DNA of 54,714 nt from Candidatus Saccharimonadota bacterium (GTDB lineage: Bacteria > Patescibacteriota > Saccharimonadia > Saccharimonadales > Saccharimonadaceae): contig JAPUDS010000022.1 in the NCBI GenBank assembly GCA_027492975.1, positions 1 through 54,714 on the forward strand, in the 5' to 3' direction. Positions 27,149 to 34,996 of the stretch are shown in pieces. A program made the translations under genes and the position numbers. Below the pieces are notes generated by a model, which was not told where the DNA came from, searched no databases, and worked only from the letters and a program-made list of their open reading frames with translations. Each line of letters starts with the position of its first letter. Position 1 is the first letter of the stretch.

Positions 27149-27882
27149 CGAGCGGACGCCGACTTGTATTTCTCGACGGCGACCGAACCCTTTGGCGCAC
27201 AGAACGCTTCATGGATATAGTATACGAACAACTCGAGTCCCGCGGTATCGGGCGAGAGCAGATCATCAAAATGAAAGAACAGGCAGAGCTGAGCGGGGGT
27301 TCGTTCGATGCCTTTAGCGCACTTCGCTCCAGCTACGGCGAGACACTTGTTGACCAGGTAGTACAGGCTGTTGAAGCGGAGGCGGCGTTGCGACGAGACG
27401 TACCATATGATGACGAGCGTTGTCTACTCACGCCGGGTGCGCGCGAGCTGATAACGGCGATTCCCGCGGAAAACAGAGTCGTCCTGACCAGAGGCGGCGA
27501 AGAGATGCAACTTGCAAAACTGCGTGGTATAACTGGGATCGACGCGCAGCACGACCTTTTTGAGATTACCGACAGGGAAGACAAAGGCGAGCTGCTCGCT
27601 GAGTCGTTTGATGCCAGCCAGGGTATATTCGTTCTTCCGTGGGTTCGAAACGCGCCGAGTGACTTCACGGCTACTCACGTCGTACTTGTCGAGGATAAAG
27701 GCAAGGCGCTTGCCGGGCTGGAACGGCTCGGTGAGCAAGCAACTGGCTACTGGTACCGGGATCCGGATGAGCCATTGCTTCCGTCGCAGCAACTTCCGGT
27801 TGGTGTGATGTTGCCGTCAAACGTTACCGTAGTCGGTAGTCTGTATGCGGCGAGAGATGCTATACTTACCATACAATTTTAG
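27145..27882 (+). CDS. HAD-superfamily-like hydrolase (hypothetical)
   Basis: Motif I FLDGDRTL (DxDxT) at the N-terminus. The rest is unassigned. Confidence 0.45.
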   Translation: MTSGRRLVFLDGDRTLWRTERFMDIVYEQLESRGIGREQIIKMKEQAELSGGSFDAFSALRSSYGETLVDQVVQAVEAEAALRRDVPYDDERCLLTPGARELITAIPAENRVVLTRGGEEMQLAKLRGITGIDAQHDLFEITDREDKGELLAESFDASQGIFVLPWVRNAPSDFTATHVVLVEDKGKALAGLERLGEQATGYWYRDPDEPLLPSQQLPVGVMLPSNVTVVGSLYAARDAILTIQF

Positions 27883-27897
27883 GGAGTTGGAGACGAT

Positions 27898-28719
27898 ATG
27901 AGTATTACAAAAGCGGTTATCATGGTTGCGGGGTACGGGACGCGGCGCCTGCCGGTCACAAAGACGATAGAAAAGTGCATGCTGCCGTTTGGCAACCGTC
28001 CGGTGGTTGACTACACTGTTCAGGACTGTATAGCGGCAGGTATCACGGATATATATTTTGTCGTGAGCGAACAAAGCACGCAGATTCGCGACTACTACCG
28101 AACAAATATCGATCTCAAAGATTACCTCATGCGCAACGGCAAAGACAACCTCCTGCCGCTCATCGCCCCGCCTGACGTCAAGTTTCACTATGTCACGCAG
28201 CCGAACTACGGCAACCGCGGCACCGCTGACGCTGTCGGACGTGTTGCGCCGATGATCCCGGAAGGCGAGTCGATCGTCGTGCTTGGCGGCGACGACTGTG
28301 TTTATAGCGAAACCGGTTCCGAGATAGCGCGGCTTATCGAGGCGGCGAGCCAGGGCGGCTCAGCTATGATGGGCATCCGCGTCGAACGCGAAAAACTGCC
28401 GTCGTACGGTGTTATCGAAGCTGACGAGGCGGGTCATTTTGTCAGTATCCATGAAAAACCGTCGGCCGAAGAAGCTCCGAGCGACATGATCAATATCAGT
28501 AAGTACGTGTTTGACTACAAACTTTTGAAACTCACCGAAGCCTATCTCGAAACGACCATCACCTCTGGTGAATACCTGATCACCGAGCCGATAAATCACT
28601 ATGTATCGGCTGGCGGAGCCATGAAGGTTGTTCCCGCAGAGGGCGAATACTTAGACAGCGGCACACTCGAAAACTGGGTTCATGCCAATAACTGGCTGTT
28701 CGAGCGCATGCAAGGGTAG
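27898..28719 (+). CDS. galU: Sugar-1-phosphate nucleotidyltransferase, UTP--glucose-1-phosphate uridylyltransferase-like
   Basis: KAVIMVAGYGTRRLPVTK..EK.MLP and GTADAV, LGGDD. Confidence 0.72.
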   Translation: MSITKAVIMVAGYGTRRLPVTKTIEKCMLPFGNRPVVDYTVQDCIAAGITDIYFVVSEQSTQIRDYYRTNIDLKDYLMRNGKDNLLPLIAPPDVKFHYVTQPNYGNRGTADAVGRVAPMIPEGESIVVLGGDDCVYSETGSEIARLIEAASQGGSAMMGIRVEREKLPSYGVIEADEAGHFVSIHEKPSAEEAPSDMINISKYVFDYKLLKLTEAYLETTITSGEYLITEPINHYVSAGGAMKVVPAEGEYLDSGTLENWVHANNWLFERMQG

Positions 28720-28721
28720 GG

Positions 28722-28872
28722 AAGGCTTTCTCCTCTTGACACCCTCTCCGGGGGGGGGGTACCATAAAAGTAACAATAAGCACTAGTACAATCACCTTGC
28801 TTATCGGTATGAGACACATTACTTTTCATAAGGAGGAACCAACAATACCATGACAAGACTACCCACCCCAGG
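28722..28872 (+). repeat. Copy 1 of a duplicated promoter-leader-start cassette. Bases 28760-28872 are identical to 54383-54495.
   Basis: Direct comparison of both stretches. The 113 nt after the G tract are identical, the upstream 40 nt are near-identical, and the coding sequences diverge after codon 8. Confidence 0.9.
28736..28765 (+). promoter_or_regulatory. Putative promoter TTGACA-18 nt-TACCAT whose spacer contains a G10 homopolymer (28750-28759)
   Basis: TTGACA at 28736-28741, spacer CCCTCTCC+G10, TACCAT at 28760-28765. An ~85-nt leader runs to AAGGAGGA and the ATG at 28850. Confidence 0.55.
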
Positions 28873-30188
28873 ACAAGACGCCGGTGCATGGGGCCAAATC
28901 CTCAACGACTATCTCTCAGCAGCTCATAAAGCAGATGGTACGCTAAAGGATAATGCTGTTACTGGTATTACTATTGCAAATGATTCTGTCACAGAAGCTA
29001 ATCTTGCACCGGAAGTAGTAGACAAACTAAACTCAGCTGGTGTTAGTTCTGTAGCTACACTAACAGGAGATATAACATCACCTGATCTTGTAGATGCACT
29101 AGAGACAGATCTCAGACTTCAGTATGCTCCGGTGGCTGGATCGAATTTGACGGCTAGTGGAGAGGACTCCTGGGCGGAGGGACGGGGGGCAACGGCGAGT
29201 GGGAATAATTCGCATGCGGAGGGGTTCCGGACAACCGCATCAACGACTGGTGCTCCTGGAGCACATGCGGAGGGGGCAAATACAGAGGCGACTTTCTATG
29301 CAGCACACGCTGAAGGTGATGGCACAAGAGCGACTCATGCTGGAGCGCATGCGGAAGGAATGACCACGACGGCATCTGCAGCAGGTTCTCATGCAGAAGG
29401 TAGTGGAACTGTGGCAAGTAGCCCCTCTGCTCATGCCGAGGGCAGCCATACGACTGCTAGTGGTACTAAATTCCCACGCAGAGGGTCAAGATACTGTGGC
29501 GAGTAGCAGCATTGCTCACGCGGAGGGCAACCATACGACTGCCAGTGGTGTAAATTCCCACGCAGAGGGTCAAGACACTACCGCCAGTGGAACCAGTTCG
29601 CACGCTGAAGGGTATGGGACGATCGCTAGTCAACCGAGTTCTCACGCAGAGGGTCAGCAAACTACTGCAAACGGACCTCTTTCACACGCCGAGGGTATGT
29701 CAACAACCGCCAGTGGAGCGGTTTCTCATGTCGAAGGCACTAGCGTAACTACCTTTCGTAGTAACGAGTCAGCTCGTGGTAGTGGTGGTTTTGTCCAACA
29801 CGCTTTCGTCCCTGCCAGCAACGGAGCCGCTCATCAAGCGGGTGTTACGTATGTCGCCGCCACCGGTGTTATCACTATCCCAATCCATGGAGGTATCACT
29901 AGTGGCAAGGTTACGGTACTAACCGAAGATGGTGCAATACGTTGGGATATAACCTTTTCGGCTAACAATAATGCCACTACCTATGCAACTAGAGCAACTG
30001 GAACAGTCAGTAGTATCGTAAGTGCGGGGACAAGCAGTCCAACACTCGGCACATCAAGTATCACTTGGACTGTATCTGGCAATACTACGGGGCAAGTCGT
30101 TATAACCCCAAACACCGCACCGCCAGCAATACGAGTATGGTGTGAACTGCTACAGCTTGGATCTCTCGCACAAACAAGACCAGCGTAA
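28850..30188 (+). pseudogene. Surface/fibre-like protein with a conserved N-terminal domain and about fourteen 14-residue SHAEGxxTxASGxx repeats (YadA-head / Hep_Hag-like beta-roll periodicity). The reading frame is interrupted by 1 extra nt at 29465-29468.
   Basis: ORF 28850-29506 and ORF 29391-30188 carry the same repeat in different frames. The total length is 1339 nt, or 3n+1. GGTACTAAATTCCCACGCAGAGGG aligns with the intact unit GGTGTAAATTCCCACGCAGAGGG, showing 1 extra base. Confidence 0.7.
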
Positions 30189-30386
30189 GAAGACTCAATC
30201 TCAAAAAGAATGAATCTCAAAAAAGTCTTCTTTAACAGAGAAGATTTCGTGCAATATAGTTTTACCCACAGCGCTTGAGGAGTTTTCCACGGGCGTTTTC
30301 GGTTATTTGACCAGAAAAGGGGCGGGTGAGGCAAACATTGCGAAACAATATACTAACCATTCGTCAACAGATGAGAAACACAATAC

Positions 30387-30415
30387 TTGACAATATATCA
30401 AGCTTATGCTAAGAT
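30387..30415 (+). promoter_or_regulatory. sigma70-type promoter TTGACA-17 nt-TAAGAT
   Basis: TTGACA at 30387-30392 and TAAGAT at 30410-30415. The ATG at 30422 lies about 7 nt downstream. Confidence 0.5.
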
Positions 30416-30421
30416 GGATAT

Positions 30422-30571
30422 ATGGTACACATCACAAAACCAACACAGCACTACAACATAACAGAGGTCAATGCACTAGTTCTCCAGGATCTTAAGTATT
30501 CGATGGTGATTATTTCACTGTTGATAAACCTGACAGTTTTCGTTACTTGGCTTGTTGTTGCAGTTGCATAG
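30422..30571 (+). CDS. Candidate leaderless small ORF (49 aa) with a C-terminal TM helix
   Basis: Manual translation: MVHITKPTQHYNITEVNALVLQDLKYSMVIISLLINLTVFVTWLVVAVA*. No RBS, but the ATG sits at the expected transcription start site of the promoter above. Confidence 0.3.
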   Translation: MVHITKPTQHYNITEVNALVLQDLKYSMVIISLLINLTVFVTWLVVAVA

Positions 30572-30670
30572 CTCAGAAATACATCATTTTTCGTCATGTG
30601 ACTCGGCAGGGGAGCTACCGCTGTTATGCGTGTAAGTTTTCCACAGTTTGTCGGTTGAAAATGGCAATAT

Positions 30671-30739
30671 GTGGGTATTTTCTTTGAAAAAACTATTGCA
30701 TGTGGGTAGCAGTGGGTAGTACACTACTTTCAGTGGCAC
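30671..30739 (+). promoter_or_regulatory. Helically phased GTGGGTA/GTGGCAC direct repeats: candidate MraZ operator
   Basis: GTGGGTA at 30671, 30702 and 30712, and GTGGCAC at 30733. The spacings are 31, 10 and 21 nt. The array lies about 100 nt upstream of mraZ. Confidence 0.45.
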
Positions 30740-30836
30740 CCACCGGCCCGGCAAAATAAAAAGGCTGGCGGGCAAAAAGAAAAACCACCACAGGAACTAC
30801 AAACCTTAAAAAAGCAGGATGTTACGGTAGCCAAAA

Positions 30837-31196
30837 GTGGCAACGGTCGACTATTTTGAACGAAAGCTTGACGATAAGCGGCGGTTAACCATACCGGCGG
30901 AGCTTCGAGCTGAGTTCGCAGGCGGCGTCGTTATCACAAGAGGCTTCGGTGAGTACCTGCATATGTATCCGTCAGTTGTCTGGAACAACGATGTTGAACC
31001 AGCGCTCAACGGCGATATACTCGACGAACGCGTCGCGGACCTGAATGTTCAGTTCCGGGAAGGCAAAGTCGACGTACTGCCCGATGAGAAGCAGGGACGG
31101 ATAACGCTAGAGCAGCACTTGCTCGACTATGCCGGGATGTCACGCGATGTCGTGGCGGTCCGGGCAGGCAAGTACTGGCGGCTGAGAAAAGCGTAG
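30837..31196 (+). CDS. mraZ: Transcriptional regulator MraZ (short form)
   Basis: Two SpoVT/AbrB-like halves: LDDKRRLTIPAELR and DEKQGRITLEQHLLDYAGM..DVVAV. GTG start. First gene of the dcw cluster. Confidence 0.75.
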   Translation: MATVDYFERKLDDKRRLTIPAELRAEFAGGVVITRGFGEYLHMYPSVVWNNDVEPALNGDILDERVADLNVQFREGKVDVLPDEKQGRITLEQHLLDYAGMSRDVVAVRAGKYWRLRKA

Positions 31197-31655
31197 TTCT
31201 TCGGTACAAGCACGTACATTGACAAGTTGGCATGTAACACCAGATAGAGAACACCCACGAGGTCAACTATCTGGCAGTCAGCAGAAGAAAAAAGCGACTT
31301 CTGAAATCACCGCTTTTGTTCATTCGTTTTTTAAAAAACACCTCCCAAAAAACTCCACCTCACACATAAGTCTCTCTCACTCTCTCTTTTTAGTCAGTGG
31401 GAATCTCCGGAGCAGACAAGTACGCTTGATCTGTTTCACACCACAACAACTCCATTGACACACTAAAACAAAAATATCTGCGAAAACAAAAAACTGGCTG
31501 TCAGTTAGGTGACCTCGTTAGAGGAGGGGCTTGCCCCTCCAGCTACCGACGAAGTAAATTCGTCAGCAGCTTCCTCCTCCTAAAGGCTCGCTTGCGCGGC
31601 TTGTGCCTTTTGGCACAACGGCAAAAGCACGCTAAAATAGGGAGAGGTCTAATAT

Positions 31656-32555
31656 ATGAGTAAAAATATTCCACCACAACAACTCCATATTCATATACCC
31701 GTTCTCCTTAAACAGGTCGTAGAGCAACTTGCTCCGCGGCCCGGTGAATCATATCTTGATCTTACTGCAGGCTACGGCGGACACGCTCGGGCTATTTTGG
31801 CGCATACACAGGCTCCCGAAAGGGCAGTTCTCGTGGACCGCGACCAGATGGCTGTCGACGCGCTGAAACCGTTTGCTGAACGTGGAGCAAGTGTTATACA
31901 TGATTCATATGCTGAGTACGCTCAAGAAGCGTCTGAGGCGGGGAAACGGTTTGATATGATCCTTGTTGATCTTGGGGTATCGTCACCGCAACTTGACAAG
32001 GCAATTCGTGGGTTCTCGTTACAACGAGATGGTCCGCTCGACATGCGCATGGACCAACGTCAGCAGCGATCAGCCGCTGATATTGTAAATCGCACGTCGA
32101 AAACGGAGCTCGCGGAACTACTGGAGCTATACGGTGAAGAACCGAAAAAGCAAGCTTTGAGGATAGCTACGGCGATCATTCGGGCTCGACCAGTAACAAC
32201 TACGGAACAACTTGCCAACGTCATACTGAGCACTCATCGCGGGGCGTACCAAAAAACGCATCCAGCGACGCGCACCTTTCAAGCAATTCGGATCGTCACC
32301 AACGACGAACTGGGACAGCTCGAGAAACTACTCGAAGTTGTACCAGAACTCCTGACCCCAGGAGGACGAATTGCAATCATCAGCTTTCATAGCCTGGAAG
32401 ACAGGCGAGTGAAACGCTTTTTCGCCGAGCAGGCGAACGCTGGCTACGAAGCGAGCCTCAGCCTGCTCACGAAAAAAGCTATTCGCGGGAAGCTTGTGGA
32501 CGATTCCAATCCGCGCGCCAGAAGCGCTTCGCTTCGGGCCGCAGTGAAAAAATAA
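31656..32555 (+). CDS. rsmH: 16S rRNA (cytosine1402-N4)-methyltransferase
   Basis: HIPVLL..V...L....G..YLD.T.G.GGH, DLGVSSPQLD, RGFS...DGPLDMRMD, ISFHSLEDR.VK. GGGAGAGG RBS. Confidence 0.92.
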   Translation: MSKNIPPQQLHIHIPVLLKQVVEQLAPRPGESYLDLTAGYGGHARAILAHTQAPERAVLVDRDQMAVDALKPFAERGASVIHDSYAEYAQEASEAGKRFDMILVDLGVSSPQLDKAIRGFSLQRDGPLDMRMDQRQQRSAADIVNRTSKTELAELLELYGEEPKKQALRIATAIIRARPVTTTEQLANVILSTHRGAYQKTHPATRTFQAIRIVTNDELGQLEKLLEVVPELLTPGGRIAIISFHSLEDRRVKRFFAEQANAGYEASLSLLTKKAIRGKLVDDSNPRARSASLRAAVKK

Positions 32556-32764
32556 ACATTTTCTTACTCCAAAACAGGGTAAGCGAAAGAAAGGGTAACA
32601 GAGCGATGGCTATCCAAATCGTGAATAAGTCACGCGCCCAGAAGGTCGAAGTACGCGTCGTTAAACGCGCGTAGTAAGTCCCTTTTAGGCCCCATCGACC
32701 GGCTCCGGCATGCCTGGTGCTGGTCGAGGCGGGCGCGAAATAAAAACTACTAAACCACCACACT

Positions 32765-33133
32765 ATGTCATATTTCCGCACTCCTCCCGGCGCGGCTGAG
32801 TTTCGTGCCAGGCGGGACACCACCACAAAGTGGCAGCGCAATCAAAATACTGTTGCTTATGCTGCTCCGGCGCGTATGGGCCCCATAACCCATACCGTTG
32901 TCGTAGCGCTTATGGTCGCAGTGCTTGGACTTATTTATCTCTCGCAGGTAACAAAATCCAGCACGTTCGGCTATACATTGCAGCAGCAAAACGATACGCT
33001 TGCCTCGCTTGCGGCCGAGCAGCAAGATCTTGAGATCGAAAATGCACGTTTGCAGGCACTTACCACTGTCAAAGACAGTAATGTTGCGAGGGCGATGACG
33101 GCTCCGGCCAGCACGGCTTCGGCAACAAACTAG
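32765..33133 (+). CDS. ftsL: FtsL-like cell division protein
   Basis: Single TM (VVVALMVAVLGLIYL), then the coiled-coil LQQQNDTLASLAAEQQDLEIENARLQ. Located between rsmH and ftsI. Confidence 0.6.
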   Translation: MSYFRTPPGAAEFRARRDTTTKWQRNQNTVAYAAPARMGPITHTVVVALMVAVLGLIYLSQVTKSSTFGYTLQQQNDTLASLAAEQQDLEIENARLQALTTVKDSNVARAMTAPASTASATN

Positions 33134-33212
33134 CAGTTAACGCCGCTTCAATACGAGAGGGGCGTTAATTGTCTGGTTTCTTAGCTGTTATACTATATAG
33201 AAGAACGTAATT

Positions 33213-34988
33213 ATGTTTAATCTGAGTTCATATCTTCAGAATGTCAAGGGGCGTACTGTCTGGCTTGGTCGGCTGGTTGCGCTGGCATTTTTGATATTTG
33301 CACTCAGATTGTTTGATGTGCAGGTTTTGCAGCATGATCGTTATGTGGCGCTTGCAAAACAGTCGCAAATTACCAAAAACACGATTTTTGCGAAGCGAGG
33401 CGATATCTTAGCTCGAGATGGCGCGAATGGCACTGCTCCGCTGGTGCTAAATGAAACAGTGTATACGGTATTTGCCGATCCGCACGAGGTAAAAGATACC
33501 GGAAAAGTCAAAGAGGTGTTGCAACGCGTAGCCGGCGGGGAAGTGCTGAACGACGCGTTTGGTTACCTGAGCGATACATCACGGCGGTATCTTGTCCTGG
33601 CGCGTCAAGTAACGAGAACGCAGGCAGAGTTGATACAGAAAGAGGATCTGGCGGGCATCGGGCTGCAAAAAGGGTCGAAGCGGGTGTATCCAGAAGGAGC
33701 GCTTGCATCGCAACTGCTCGGCTATGTTAACGCCGATGGCGAGGGCCAGTACGGAGTTGAAGGAGCGCTTGACGCTCGTCTGGGCGGTACAAACGGCGTG
33801 TTGCAGTCGGTAGCTGATGTGCGGCGGATACCACTGACTATTGGCGACGACAACACGGAAGTGGCCGCAAAAAACGGCGACACGCTCGTCCTATCCGTCG
33901 ACCGGAATATCCAGTTTCAACTAGAGACATCGCTACAAGCACATTTCGATAAAGTTCATCCAACTAACGCGAGTGCTGTAGTGATGGATCCGAGCACTGG
34001 TCAGATCGTTGCCATGGCAAATTATCCAACCTATGATGCGAGTAAGTATTCGACGGTGACCGACTACAGTCTTTTCCAGAACCGCGTTATAAGCAACGCG
34101 TACGAGGCTGGGTCGGTGATGAAAACGTTGACAGTGGCTTCAGGGCTTGATGCGGGGGTGATCACACCGACATCGACATCGCCAAACCCGACAGGCTGTA
34201 TGACAATCGACGGGTCAACGATATGCAACGTGATCCGAAACGGCATCACGAGTCCAACAACGCAGCAAACATTGCTGTATTCGTTTAACACCGGTGCGGT
34301 AAGCGTCGTTCGGTCACTTGGCGGCGGAGCGATCAATAAGACTGGCCGCGACAAACTTTATGATTATTTTGCAAATCGTTTTCGTCTTGCAACGACAACT
34401 GGAGTTGAGCAGTCTGGTGAGGCCGAAGGGGTGATGTACTCGCCAGATAACGAACAGGGCAATAACGTTCGCTATGCCAATATGTCGTTTGGCCAGGGTA
34501 TGACGACGACCATGCTGCAAGTTGCGGCGGCATTTTCGGCGACGGTAAACGGCGGGACATACTACAAACCGACGCTTGTATATGGGACGAAAAACAGCGA
34601 TGGGACCATACAAAAACAGGCATCGACGGTTGTTGCGGCTAGTGTCGTAAGCAGTAAAACGTCAGCTGAGATGCGTGAACTTGTGTACCATACCCGTCAT
34701 GATAACAGCGTTAGTCGAGCTGCCGACCCGGTTGGCTACTATATCGGCGGCAAAACAGGGACAGCTCAGACGATCGATCCCAAAACCGGTCAGTATACAT
34801 CTGACTTGACTATCGGTAGTTACCTCGGCTTTGTCGGTGGCAGCGCAAACGCCACGCCAAACTATGTCATAATGATACGCATGGATTACGCCCAAGGGGG
34901 CACTTTCGCGGGGTCTATCGAAGCGAACACGATGTTTGGCGAACTGGCTCGCTGGCTTATAAACTATGACGGAATAGCACCGAATTAA
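33213..34988 (+). CDS. ftsI: Penicillin-binding protein 2B/FtsI-type peptidoglycan D,D-transpeptidase
   Basis: N-terminal TM and PBP dimerisation domain. Active-site motifs GSVMK (SxxK), SFN (SxN) and KTGTAQ (KTG). Confidence 0.9.
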   Translation: MFNLSSYLQNVKGRTVWLGRLVALAFLIFALRLFDVQVLQHDRYVALAKQSQITKNTIFAKRGDILARDGANGTAPLVLNETVYTVFADPHEVKDTGKVKEVLQRVAGGEVLNDAFGYLSDTSRRYLVLARQVTRTQAELIQKEDLAGIGLQKGSKRVYPEGALASQLLGYVNADGEGQYGVEGALDARLGGTNGVLQSVADVRRIPLTIGDDNTEVAAKNGDTLVLSVDRNIQFQLETSLQAHFDKVHPTNASAVVMDPSTGQIVAMANYPTYDASKYSTVTDYSLFQNRVISNAYEAGSVMKTLTVASGLDAGVITPTSTSPNPTGCMTIDGSTICNVIRNGITSPTTQQTLLYSFNTGAVSVVRSLGGGAINKTGRDKLYDYFANRFRLATTTGVEQSGEAEGVMYSPDNEQGNNVRYANMSFGQGMTTTMLQVAAAFSATVNGGTYYKPTLVYGTKNSDGTIQKQASTVVAASVVSSKTSAEMRELVYHTRHDNSVSRAADPVGYYIGGKTGTAQTIDPKTGQYTSDLTIGSYLGFVGGSANATPNYVIMIRMDYAQGGTFAGSIEANTMFGELARWLINYDGIAPN

Positions 34989-34996
34989 GGGGGAGT

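Noticed and set aside
28680-28889. 69-aa minus-strand ORF that is conserved with an 85-aa ORF at 54255-54512
   Set aside because: The apparent conservation only reflects the duplicated promoter-leader DNA. There is no RBS, the poly-G translates to PPP, and it lies antisense to the leader.
31219-31458. 79-aa ORF in the mraZ-rsmH gap
   Set aside because: It has no RBS and runs through CT-rich low-complexity DNA, giving an implausible sequence. The region is treated as non-coding.
32606-32674. 22-codon mini-ORF (MAIQIVNKSRAQKVEVRVVKRA) in the rsmH-ftsL spacer
   Set aside because: It has only a weak SD-like AGGGTAA, is very short, and offers nothing to support coding. Noted but not called.
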